Positions 29,159-36,361 are shown, numbered from the stretch's first letter. The stretch: 64,000 nucleotides of DNA from an uncultured Candidatus Saccharimonas sp. (GCA_943353165.1 CALRAM010000003.1:32026-96025), one strand, 5' to 3'. Translations and numbers: made by a program. Notes: generated from the letters alone by a model not told the origin.

Positions 29159-30673
29159 ATGGACGAAACAACTACACCTATCGTAATCCCTCCTCCTGAT
29201 GTACCAGATGCAGTTATTGGCGGACACGAAGATTCTACACCTCTAGGAGAAAGGCTAAAACGATGTTTGGCGGTGGCAGCAATTGCCCTTGTGGGTGCAG
29301 GCTGCGCAAGCCCTAGTTTGTCTACAGAAGCCCCGCCTACACAAAATGGAGTAACAAAAATTACAGTGGGCCCCATTTCAATAGGAGCAGAAGGCGATGC
29401 CAACGGTTTGTTCAACACCCGCGAGCCGATTGATGTCGCTAATAATAAATACGAGAAAGATGGTGGCATTCTAGATGCAATTCCTGGCCTACCCAACCTG
29501 GTTATTGGCGTCAAAGACCCAAGTGCAGGTAATGCTCCGCGGGGTGATGGAAATTTTTTCAACAAAAACACAACACGAGCCGCTGGAGATACAAGCTATG
29601 TGAGTGTGGATGGTGGAACAACCACAACAATCACACCAAGTGCTAAAAATGTAACGATCGAAAAGACTGTCGCAATTGATGAAAAAGGTAACACGCAGTA
29701 TGAACGCGACTTTGTTACGGATACAAATACCTATGAACAAGCGCTGACTCCAGCGGAAACTATTACTATAGAAACCCAAAACCTGATAAAAGAAGGATTT
29801 ACGGTTAACTTTATCAAAGTTACAGGCAGGGCTAGTGGCGAGGATCATACATCTACGGATCCATCCGCTAATATTGGTGCTCCTTCACAGAATAACGAAC
29901 AGCTGGCTTTACAGCGAGCAAACAGGGGTGCACCAGCCTTACAGGAAAAAATGGGTAGTGAACTGTCAGGAATTCCTATCATTATTGGTGGCGTGGAAGT
30001 TGAACCGACAAATGAACAAATAAGCCGGATGACTGCTGCTGCTGCTGAACTGAACATTTCTCTGGCTGAGCTAACAGAGCGTTTCAACACATCTATAGGG
30101 GGGCTAGACGCAGAACTAACCCAATTACTCACGGAAGCGCTAGTTGATAATAGGGGGATTATGTACGAGATTCATGCCTCAAAAACTGAGGTTATAAAAG
30201 ATGGCACATTTATTACAACTGTTGTAGATCTTCCACCAGATGTCCGGGAGAAAATAAATCCTGATGGTAAAAACGACTGGCTATTCAGGATTGAAATTCC
30301 TGGGGAAATTCTTCTTTTATTTGCAGCAATAGGCGCTGGTGTTGCTGGTGCTCGTATCATCGGAGGCAAAATTCCCGGTCCAAATCCTGGTTCGATTCCC
30401 GGTCCAATTCCGGAAGGTCCAATTCCTGGTCCAATTCCAAAACCACCACCAGGAACTCCAAAACCTCCACCTCGACCTCCAGAATATTCACGAAGGGGGC
30501 GCTATCGCAGAATAACCCCAGGCGGACAAACTACGGGCAATCAGCCCGCATTTACCCGTAAACAACCTAGAAACCAGAACTTTTCAAAAAATCTAGGCAA
30601 TTTGGCTGGTGGACCAGGCAGGAGGGGCCTAGATAAAGGCGGGAACGGGACAGGCAGAAGAGACACTTCCTAA
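29159..30673 (+). CDS. hypothetical envelope protein (lipobox-like signal, C-terminal TM and Pro/Arg-rich tail)
   Basis: 504 aa. LAVAAIALVGAGCASPS resembles a lipoprotein signal. A late TM (ILLLFAAIGAGVAGARIIGG) is followed by PGPNPGSIPGPIPEGPIPGPIPKPPPGTPKPPPRPP. A weak OmpA-like stretch (VTGRASGEDHTS..NNEQLALQRA) is unconfirmed. Confidence 0.6.
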   Translation: MDETTTPIVIPPPDVPDAVIGGHEDSTPLGERLKRCLAVAAIALVGAGCASPSLSTEAPPTQNGVTKITVGPISIGAEGDANGLFNTREPIDVANNKYEKDGGILDAIPGLPNLVIGVKDPSAGNAPRGDGNFFNKNTTRAAGDTSYVSVDGGTTTTITPSAKNVTIEKTVAIDEKGNTQYERDFVTDTNTYEQALTPAETITIETQNLIKEGFTVNFIKVTGRASGEDHTSTDPSANIGAPSQNNEQLALQRANRGAPALQEKMGSELSGIPIIIGGVEVEPTNEQISRMTAAAAELNISLAELTERFNTSIGGLDAELTQLLTEALVDNRGIMYEIHASKTEVIKDGTFITTVVDLPPDVREKINPDGKNDWLFRIEIPGEILLLFAAIGAGVAGARIIGGKIPGPNPGSIPGPIPEGPIPGPIPKPPPGTPKPPPRPPEYSRRGRYRRITPGGQTTGNQPAFTRKQPRNQNFSKNLGNLAGGPGRRGLDKGGNGTGRRDTS

Positions 30674-30690
30674 AACCCATCATTTTTATC

Positions 30691-30731
30691 TGGCGGAGAG
30701 GGAGGGATTCGGTCACATTCGGCGACCCCGA
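30691..30731 (-). repeat. copy A of tRNA-Ser 3'-end fragment (21 nt) plus 20-nt shared flank
   Basis: The sequence tggcggagagggagggattcg is the reverse complement of the last 21 nt (including CCA) of tRNA-Ser(GCU). The 41-nt tract differs by 1 nt from 31790-31830. Confidence 0.85.
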
Positions 30732-30814
30732 CTTTGACTTACTTAAAACAAGTATTAAATCAGTCAATAGTCCCTGCGACCTTAAATGTCGTAGTTTCAA
30801 ACAGTTATGCTCAC

Positions 30815-30842
30815 GAAAAAAGTCCTGCGAAAATACAGGACT
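30815..30842 (-). terminator. intrinsic terminator after tRNA-Arg
   Basis: The minus strand reads AGTCCTGtattttcgCAGGACT followed by TTTTTT. Confidence 0.7.
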
Positions 30843-30849
30843 CTTTTCG

Positions 30850-30926
30850 TGGTGTACCCGATAGGATTTGAACCTACGACCTTTGGCTCCGCAAGCCAAC
30901 GCTCTATCCAGCTGAGCTACGGGTAC
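30850..30926 (-). tRNA. tRNA-Arg (anticodon GCG)
   Basis: I folded the cloverleaf by hand. Acceptor stem GTACCCG/CGGGTAC, D stem GCTC/GAGC, anticodon stem TTGGC/GCCAA with loop TTGCGGA, T arm GTAGG-TTCAAAT-CCTAT, encoded CCA. Confidence 0.85.
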
Positions 30927-30999
30927 ATAATCAACAGGGGTGATTATAGCATATATATCTGTTAATTGGTAGCAGGTTAGTCTAATATATTAATAGTCA

Positions 31000-31066
31000 G
31001 GAGAGGTGGCCGAGTGGTTGAAGGCGCTGCTCTCGAAAAGCATTATGCGGGCAACCGTATCGAGGG
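31000..31066 (+). pseudogene. tRNA-Ser (anticodon CGA) 5' two-thirds, interrupted at the T arm
   Basis: GGAGAGG acceptor strand, D arm, anticodon loop CTCGAAA and a long variable arm ATGCGG-GCAA-CCGTAT are present. The T-stem 5' strand GAGGG then runs into an unrelated GC hairpin, and no matching CCTCTCC acceptor strand follows. Confidence 0.6.
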
Positions 31067-31146
31067 TGAGCCCCGCCTGTGATGGGGCTCACCCGGAACA
31101 TGACCAAATCCTACCCTCGCACACCGAGTTTTATACTACGACCTTA

Positions 31147-31740
31147 TTAGAAACGGATTTTTCGCATTAATTGATCGATTTTGTCGTTTTGGTCCATTTC
31201 CATAGGCAAGAAGTCCGATAATTTCTGAACTATGCTGTCTTCGTCTTCTGGCGGATAAAATATACTGATTGGTGGCATAAAACGACGCATTGGCATCAGT
31301 ACCAACGAATGCACAGGTCCATCGGCATGAACATAAAAAAACTTGAATTCTTCATATGAATAGTTCTTTTTGCCTACGCTGATGCCGTCCTGACCCAAAC
31401 CATATTCTAGGACACTGGGTTTTTTGCCTGCAATAAAGCCAAAAACTGCACCGATAACAACTATAATAATGCTGGAAAAAATGTCGCGATTTGTTACCAG
31501 AAACACTCCACCAGCCAGAGCCAATACTGCCAGACCAAATATCAGAAACCAGCCAGCACCTTTTTGATGATCGACAAACTCTGATGCTGTCCACGAAACA
31601 TCATTATCGCTGGATGAACCGCTGGACTGGGCTGGAGCTGTTTGGGGCATAGTTTCTGGAGCGGTGTCTGGCTGAAAGACAAAACCTGTGGAAGTGTTTT
31701 GACTATTTTCGTCCGCTTTTTCTGGTGGTTGCATAAGCAT
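31147..31740 (-). CDS. hypothetical membrane protein (two TM + C-terminal soluble domain)
   Basis: 197 aa. Two adjacent TM helices (GWFLIFGLAVLALAGGVFLV, IFSSIIIVVIGAVFGFIAG) are followed by a roughly 90-aa domain. I recognise no catalytic motif. Confidence 0.6.
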   Translation of the reverse strand: MLMQPPEKADENSQNTSTGFVFQPDTAPETMPQTAPAQSSGSSSDNDVSWTASEFVDHQKGAGWFLIFGLAVLALAGGVFLVTNRDIFSSIIIVVIGAVFGFIAGKKPSVLEYGLGQDGISVGKKNYSYEEFKFFYVHADGPVHSLVLMPMRRFMPPISIFYPPEDEDSIVQKLSDFLPMEMDQNDKIDQLMRKIRF

Positions 31741-31789
31741 ATTGTACTACAAAAAATAAAACACTCGGATTGTACCTGAGCGTATTGTT

Positions 31790-31830
31790 TGGCGGAGAGG
31801 GAGGGATTCGGTCACATTCTGCGACCCCGA
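31790..31830 (-). repeat. copy B of tRNA-Ser 3'-end fragment plus shared flanks
   Basis: It shares the 21-nt core. Its right flank (ggtcacattcNgcgaccccga) matches copy A, and its left flank (gcgtattgttt) matches the genuine tRNA-Ser(GCU) 3' end at 31968. Confidence 0.85.
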
Positions 31831-31901
31831 AACTTTCAGATTATCAACAAGTAGATAATCTGAAAGGTTTCCTTGCGCCCCGTCACAGGCGGGGCTCACC
31901 C

Positions 31902-31932
31902 TATCGGGTTCGAATTCACTTCTATTTCGCCA
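31902..31932 (+). pseudogene. degenerate tRNA-Ser 3' piece (T loop to CCA)
   Basis: TATCGGGTTCGAATTCACTTCTATTTCGCCA aligns with the expected TATCGAGGGTTCGAATCCCTCCCTCTCCGCCA, with a 2-nt gap and several C-to-T/A changes. It can no longer pair with the GGAGAGG acceptor strand. Confidence 0.4.
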
Positions 31933-31968
31933 AACAATAAACCCCAGACAAGCTGGGGCGTATTGTTT
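31931..31968. terminator. bidirectional hairpin terminator between convergent tRNA-Ser genes
   Basis: The stem CCCCAGacaagCTGGGG is flanked by T-rich tracts on both strands (cgTATTGTTT on plus, TTTATTGTTT on minus). Confidence 0.6.
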
Positions 31969-32060
31969 GGCGGAGAGGGAGGGATTCGAACCCTCGCGGG
32001 AGATTGCTCCCCCCTAATGATTTAGCAAACCATCCCCTTGAGCCACTTGGGTACCTCTCC
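31968..32060 (-). tRNA. tRNA-Ser (anticodon GCU)
   Basis: Acceptor stem GGAGAGG/CCTCTCC, anticodon stem ATGGT/ATCAT with loop TTGCTAA, long variable arm, T arm GAGGG-TTCGAAT-CCCTC, encoded CCA. Confidence 0.88.
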
Positions 32061-32102
32061 GTATCTTTTTCCTACCGGGCTCGACGGCAGTTCGTTGGTT
32101 TC

Positions 32103-32190
32103 TGGCGGAAGGGGTGGGATTCGAACCCACGGACCCTCTCAGGTCTCCTGTTTTCAAGACAGGTGCACTCGACCACTATGCGACCCTTCC
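32103..32190 (-). tRNA. tRNA-Ser (anticodon UGA)
   Basis: Acceptor stem GGAAGGG/CCCTTCC, anticodon stem CCTGT/ACAGG with loop CTTGAAA, long variable arm, T arm GTGGG-TTCGAAT-CCCAC, encoded CCA. Confidence 0.88.
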
Positions 32191-32213
32191 ACAACTCAAC
32201 AGGGGTGATTGTA

Positions 32214-32909
32214 TCACATTGACGTCTTTTGGGCAAAAATAATCGCGCTGACAGATTTGGCGCCTGCCGATTTTAGTAACTTGGCGCAGGCTTCCAGCGT
32301 ACCACCAGAAGTTACTATATCGTCCACTAGCACGATGTTTACTGACCTGACTGTGTCTTCGTTTTTGATGAAAAAAGCCGACGCTAACTGTTGTTGCCTT
32401 TGCTGTCTAGAAGCACCAACTTGGCGGCTCTGTCCAGTGCGACCTAAAACGGACTGATAATGCAGATTGCTCTGCCTCGAAAGCTCCTTGCAGAGCAACA
32501 GCGTGTGGTCATAGCCTCTGTTTTTTAGTCTACTTGTAGCAGAAGGAACTGGCACTAACAATGTTTCTGTGTCTAGCACCGGCAAAACATCAGCCATCAA
32601 TCTACCTATGTCTGCTGCTGCCGACTGGGCTCGCTGAAACTTGTACGAATGAACTAATTTTTTGGCTAGTCCGTCGTATTCTGTGCTGACCCATACCTTT
32701 TTTAGTTTGCTTTTGGGGCGACATTTTGAACATACGGCAAAATCTGTAGTAATAGCCCGACAAATGTAGCACCTAGAGGGCAACGGAATGGCGGCGTCTG
32801 GACTACACCAAACGCACAATAAAGAGCCTTCCCGGCCACAACCGAGACAATTGTGTGGTGCTATGGCAGATATAATTCTTTCCAGAATAAACATTTTACC
32901 CCTATCCAA
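32214..32909 (-). CDS. comFC: ComF family protein (phosphoribosyltransferase-like competence protein)
   Basis: 231 aa. It has N-terminal Cys pairs (CLGCG..CVWC, CYIC..CSKC) and the PRTase motif IVLVDDIVTSGGTL. The true start may be the Met at 32894. Confidence 0.82.
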   Translation of the reverse strand: MDRGKMFILERIISAIAPHNCLGCGREGSLLCVWCSPDAAIPLPSRCYICRAITTDFAVCSKCRPKSKLKKVWVSTEYDGLAKKLVHSYKFQRAQSAAADIGRLMADVLPVLDTETLLVPVPSATSRLKNRGYDHTLLLCKELSRQSNLHYQSVLGRTGQSRQVGASRQQRQQQLASAFFIKNEDTVRSVNIVLVDDIVTSGGTLEACAKLLKSAGAKSVSAIIFAQKTSM

Positions 32910-32953
32910 ACAGAACGTTGTGATTATTGTGTTGTAAATATCCGCATGTATGG

Positions 32954-32981
32954 TTGCGTGTGTCTCATACTACGCTATAAT
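32954..32981 (+). promoter_or_regulatory. sigma-70-type promoter for hsp20 (TTGCGT-16-TATAAT)
   Basis: The -35 element TTGCGT lies at 32954-32959 and the -10 element TATAAT at 32976-32981, about 60 nt upstream of the hsp20 ATG. Confidence 0.45.
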
Positions 32982-33043
32982 TGAAAGTAACAAAAATTAC
33001 AAAAGTATGTTTGAATTAATGAAAGCACTGGAGGGTAACAACT

Positions 33044-33511
33044 ATGGCACGAAGAAGTCGTGATGACGATCTACTAAATGATGACGATTTAACCGCCGCG
33101 TTTTTGGGCGAAGACGATGATTTGGTGGTGGCTAACAGTGCCACAGACACCGAACCTGTAGAAGAATGGGACGAAGAAGAAGCCGTACCAGGTCAACTAG
33201 CCGTAGATGTGTACGAGACAAAGGAACGGTTAGTTGTAAAAGCCCGTACTGCCGGCGTAAACAAGCAAGAGCTAGATGTCAGCATAGCAGATAACACCCT
33301 AAGTATCCGTGGCACATTGTCGGCTGGCAACGAAGACGATGTAGAGAACTACTTTGTTCAGGAATGCTACTGGGGTGAGTTTTCCAGAAGCATCACTCTA
33401 CCTGTTCCCGTCAAAGAAGACGCCATAGAGGCAGTACTAAAGGACGGTGTTTTGACCATTAGCTTTACAAAACTAAAACAAGACAGCGTAAAGAAAATAC
33501 AGGTCTTGTAA
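33044..33511 (+). CDS. Hsp20/alpha-crystallin family small heat-shock protein
   Basis: 155 aa with an alpha-crystallin domain pattern: LAVDVYETKERLVVKARTAGVNKQELDVSIADNTLSIRG...GEFSRSITLP...LKDGVLTISF. Confidence 0.88.
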   Translation: MARRSRDDDLLNDDDLTAAFLGEDDDLVVANSATDTEPVEEWDEEEAVPGQLAVDVYETKERLVVKARTAGVNKQELDVSIADNTLSIRGTLSAGNEDDVENYFVQECYWGEFSRSITLPVPVKEDAIEAVLKDGVLTISFTKLKQDSVKKIQVL

Positions 33512-33543
33512 ATATACGCACGCTAAAACCAAATATAGACATT

Positions 33544-33575
33544 AAAAACACCGCCAAAGTTTGGCGGTGTTTTTA
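33544..33575. terminator. bidirectional intrinsic terminator (hsp20 / last pilin-like gene)
   Basis: AAAAACACCGCCAAAgTTTGGCGGTGTTTTT is a perfect hairpin with A/T runs on both sides. Confidence 0.8.
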
Positions 33576-33592
33576 ATTTAAACAATCTGTGT

Positions 33593-34003
33593 TTATACTT
33601 TTGTGGTCTGTCCAAGTACAAAGAATACTATGGTCTGTGCCAGAGCAACTACTACTAGTCCGATGACCGCATACAGGATGGTATCTTTGGCGCCAGTGAC
33701 TTTGTCCGAAGCTCCTCCAGAGGTTATATACTTTAGTCCAGCTACGATGATCATGATGACAGAAACCAACCCGACAACTATTGAAAATATATTTATGACC
33801 ATTTTTATTATGCCGTTGAGTTTGTCTTTGGCTCCCTCCTGGGTTGAGTCAGGGCAGGTACCCGAAACATCCAATGATGCACCGGCGCAAAGGTTAGCAT
33901 TAATATCTGGTGCAGCGCTAGCTATAGCAGGTACCGCCATGGGTGCTAGCAGGGTTACAGCCAATGTCGCGCTGGTTAGTATTCGTTTGAGTAATTTGTT
34001 CAT
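33593..34003 (-). CDS. T4SS pilin-like (TrbC/VirB2-type) small membrane protein, paralogue 6
   Basis: 136 aa. It has a signal peptide ending AIASA, a short ectodomain with 2 Cys, and a two-TM hairpin with the family motif AGLKYITSGGASDKVTGAKDTILYAVIGLVVVALAQTIVFFV. Confidence 0.75.
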   Translation of the reverse strand: MNKLLKRILTSATLAVTLLAPMAVPAIASAAPDINANLCAGASLDVSGTCPDSTQEGAKDKLNGIIKMVINIFSIVVGLVSVIMIIVAGLKYITSGGASDKVTGAKDTILYAVIGLVVVALAQTIVFFVLGQTTKV

Positions 34004-34082
34004 TTTTAGTTTAGCCTTTCTTAGATAATTATTACTTATTTATAACATAACTGGCTTGACTAAATCAATAGACTATTTATGC

Positions 34083-34502
34083 CTAAATGGCTGAGGTCTT
34101 GAGCTTATTTAGTACGAAAAACACGATTATCTGCGCCAGAGCCACAATAACCAGGCCGATGATTGCATACAGGATAGTGTTTCGGGCGCTAGACACCTTT
34201 TCTGGGGCTCCTCCAGAAGTTACGAACTTGAAACCGGCTAGTATGATCATGATGACAGACGCTACGCCCACCACCACCGACAGAATATCTATGACTGTCT
34301 TGACCGTGTCATTCACCTTTGTTGGTGTGTCGACGCCAGGACATCCGGCTGGGTCTAGCGCACAGACACCCTCTTTGGCGCAAGATTTTGCGTCAGAGCA
34401 GTCTGCCGCATATGCAACACTCGTGGTAAACATCATCGCAGATGGGGCCAAAAAACCTATTCCTATAAATAGGGACATTATCAGGGCTCTAATTTGTTTC
34501 AT
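34083..34502 (-). CDS. T4SS pilin-like small membrane protein, paralogue 5
   Basis: 139 aa counted from the ATG at 34502, which is preceded by AGGAGA. It has a signal peptide ending VAYA, a 4-Cys ectodomain and the motif AGFKFVTSGGAPEKVSSARNTILYAIIGLVIVALAQIIVFFV. Confidence 0.75.
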   Translation of the reverse strand: MKQIRALIMSLFIGIGFLAPSAMMFTTSVAYAADCSDAKSCAKEGVCALDPAGCPGVDTPTKVNDTVKTVIDILSVVVGVASVIMIILAGFKFVTSGGAPEKVSSARNTILYAIIGLVIVALAQIIVFFVLNKLKTSAI

Positions 34503-34566
34503 TTTGTTTCTCCTGTTTAATTTTAACATACACAGATACTACCCTTAGTGACATAGACTGTTTTTG

Positions 34567-34971
34567 CTAGACCTTGCTGAGTACGAACACTACCAAGGTC
34601 TGTGCCAGTCCAGCGACTGCCAGACCTACAGAAGCATATATTATGGCGTTTCTGGCGGTCGCTATCTTTGCGGGATCACCACTGGACAATACAAAGCTCA
34701 GTCCAGCGACCATGATAACTATGACGGCGGCTATGCCTAGTATGATGACCAGTATTTGGATGACTTTGGTTATTATACCCTCTGGTCCTACTAGTGGATT
34801 GTCAGTTTTTCCTTTTTCTAGGCAAACCGATGATGCTGAATTGACACTCTCGCAGGGCGTGGCCAGAGGGTCGACCACAGCGCTGGCTTTTGGGGCAAAC
34901 ACAGCCATACACAGCAGCACAGCCATAACAGCTAACAGGCTACTGGCAAACTTTGTAGCGTATTTTGTCAT
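34567..34971 (-). CDS. T4SS pilin-like small membrane protein, paralogue 4
   Basis: 134 aa. It has a signal peptide ending KASA, 2 Cys and the motif AGLSFVLSSGDPAKIATARNAIIYASVGLAVAGLAQTLVVFV. Its ATGA overlaps the upstream gene. Confidence 0.75.
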   Translation of the reverse strand: MTKYATKFASSLLAVMAVLLCMAVFAPKASAVVDPLATPCESVNSASSVCLEKGKTDNPLVGPEGIITKVIQILVIILGIAAVIVIMVAGLSFVLSSGDPAKIATARNAIIYASVGLAVAGLAQTLVVFVLSKV

Positions 34972-35255
34972 AATTTGCCTGTCACAAAGCTTACTATAGT
35001 GACGCCACTGACGCAGACCACCAGACCGATGACTGCATACAGGATGGTATTTTTGGCTTTGGAAGTCTTTTCTGGGCTGCCCTGCGACAATACATACTGA
35101 AATCCAGCTATTATGATGATGACGACAGCGATGGATCCCAGCAGACCAAACACGATTTGCATAATATTAGGGATCAGGTTGTTCGTAACCGATGGCAATG
35201 GGGTGACATCTATGCCGTCTGCTTCAGCAAATAATTTCAGGGCAAAATTGTTCAT
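34968..35255 (-). CDS. T4SS pilin-like small membrane protein, paralogue 3 (short form)
   Basis: 95 aa. It has no obvious cleaved signal but keeps the two-TM hairpin and the motif AGFQYVLSQGSPEKTSKAKNTILYAVIGLVV. Its ATGA overlaps the upstream gene. Confidence 0.7.
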   Translation of the reverse strand: MNNFALKLFAEADGIDVTPLPSVTNNLIPNIMQIVFGLLGSIAVVIIIIAGFQYVLSQGSPEKTSKAKNTILYAVIGLVVCVSGVTIVSFVTGKL

Positions 35256-35638
35256 TTCTGCAAGCTGCTCCCCACAAAACTGACTATGACGGTCGCCATT
35301 ATGGCTATAGTCAGACCTATCAGGCTGTTTAGGAGGGTGTTTTTGGCTTTGGAAGTTTTGTCAGGTTCGCCCTGGCTGGTCATATACATAAAACCACCAT
35401 ACACCACAAAAGCCACTGCCACCAAGCCTGCCACTCGTAGCAATATATCTACTATGCCCAGTCCAATCAGCCAAAAATCGTTGGGGTTGGAGGAGAAATC
35501 TATCATTATTTTGCAGGAGTCAATAAATTTGGGATCTGGATCTATTGGTAGATATTTGTACCAGACTGGAAAAACTCCCAGAAATAGCTGTCCTTTATCG
35601 CAGGCAGCCGCAAAATACGAGACTAGTTGTACAAACAT
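35252..35638 (-). CDS. T4SS pilin-like small membrane protein, paralogue 2
   Basis: 128 aa. It carries the motif GGFMYMTSQGEPDKTSKAKNTLLNSLIGLTIAIMATVIVSFV. Its start directly abuts the stop of the upstream gene. Confidence 0.7.
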   Translation of the reverse strand: MFVQLVSYFAAACDKGQLFLGVFPVWYKYLPIDPDPKFIDSCKIMIDFSSNPNDFWLIGLGIVDILLRVAGLVAVAFVVYGGFMYMTSQGEPDKTSKAKNTLLNSLIGLTIAIMATVIVSFVGSSLQK

Positions 35639-36268
35639 TTAGAACAGTCCTCCGGGCACCAAATAGTTCAAAAAGCCCAGCAGTAATACCCACGCTACCA
35701 GTGCCAGAACGGCGTTGAATATCTTTTGTTTGGCAGCACCGACTTTTTGGGGGTCACCGCTAGATGATGTGTACTGTATCCCACCTATGATGATCATGAT
35801 AACGACCACTATGCCAACTCCGCCAGACAGAAAGGCTATGGCCATACTAATGTATTTGGCCACACAGCCGTCCTCTTTACTGGTGGCATCGTTACATTTT
35901 TTGAAGTCTGCTGCAGTCTGGGAACCTTTTTTGATGTTGGCAAAATTTTCATCTGATTCACAACCATCTTTAACTTCTGTAATTTCGCGCACGGAATTCG
36001 TATATACTACTGTATAGCAAAGGTTATTATTCAGAGCTAAAAAATATGCTTGTTCGTCGGGTGTGAGGCCTCCCATTATGGCGCATTCTCCGTATTGGGT
36101 GCCGAATCCACTGGTAATTTTGCACTTCGGGGGACCGGTCTCCGCGTGGGCGGTTTGGGCGGCAAACAACCCCACAGCCATAGTCAAAAACAGCGCCCCA
36201 AACACCAGCACCAGCAGTTTCTGGGAAAAGCTGAGAGTTCTGGAGGTAGAAGGGTGTTGTATATTCAT
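35639..36268 (-). CDS. T4SS pilin-like membrane protein, paralogue 1 (long form with 6-Cys ectodomain)
   Basis: 209 aa. It has a signal peptide ending TAHA, a roughly 110-aa ectodomain with 6 Cys, and the motif GGIQYTSSSGDPQKVGAAKQKIFNAVLALVAWVLLLGF. Confidence 0.7.
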   Translation of the reverse strand: MNIQHPSTSRTLSFSQKLLVLVFGALFLTMAVGLFAAQTAHAETGPPKCKITSGFGTQYGECAIMGGLTPDEQAYFLALNNNLCYTVVYTNSVREITEVKDGCESDENFANIKKGSQTAADFKKCNDATSKEDGCVAKYISMAIAFLSGGVGIVVVIMIIIGGIQYTSSSGDPQKVGAAKQKIFNAVLALVAWVLLLGFLNYLVPGGLF

Positions 36269-36307
36269 CTGGTTTTATTATACTAAAGACTACTATAAAC
36301 AAAAATT

Positions 36308-36336
36308 TTGATATAAGATAGAAGCGTTAGTATTAT
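36308..36336 (+). promoter_or_regulatory. candidate promoter of the plus-strand T4SS-like operon (TTGATA-17-TATTAT)
   Basis: The -35 element TTGATA lies at 36308-36313 and the -10 element TATTAT at 36331-36336, inside the 93-bp divergent spacer. Confidence 0.35.
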
Positions 36337-36361
36337 AAGCGCAATTAACGCACAGAACAAA

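Larger units (their letters stand above)
31063..31902. mobile_element. about 0.84-kb segment bounded by 26-nt inverted repeats, apparently inserted in tRNA-Ser(CGA)
   Basis: AGGGTGAGCCCCGCCTGTGATGGGGC at 31063-31088 recurs in reverse complement at 31877-31902 with 1 mismatch. The flanks TATCGA and TATCGG resemble a short target duplication. The cargo is one 197-aa membrane-protein gene and no transposase. Confidence 0.3.

Noticed and set aside
30567-30899. A 110-aa minus-strand ORF covers tRNA-Arg and tRNA-fragment copy A.
   Set aside because: It runs through a tRNA gene and a terminator. It is almost certainly not coding.
30691-31932. The fragments could be split tRNA genes joined in trans, as in Nanoarchaeum-type half tRNAs.
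   Set aside because: The sequence following the 5' fragment and the sequences preceding the 3' fragments show no extended complementarity; only a shared CCCCG core matches. The break lies in the T loop rather than after position 37.
32004-32457. Plus-strand ORFs of 72 and 82 aa lie over the tRNA-Ser genes and the comFC 3' end.
   Set aside because: They overlap tRNAs and a conserved gene on the other strand.
33603-36017. Long plus-strand ORFs (141, 153, 141, 118 and 100 aa) lie antisense to the pilin-like genes.
   Set aside because: They are mirror images of hydrophobic genes. The minus-strand frames have signal peptides, RBSs, ATGA coupling and a motif conserved across six paralogues, whereas the plus-strand frames share nothing recognisable.
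33593-36268. The small proteins could be type IV pilus (T4P) pilins, which are well known in Saccharibacteria.
   Set aside because: None has the class III prepilin signal (G/FTLIE-type N-terminus). Instead they have Sec-type signal peptides and a C-terminal two-TM hairpin, and they sit beside VirB4, VirB6-like and PrgI-like genes. This fits VirB2-type T4SS pilins rather than T4P.
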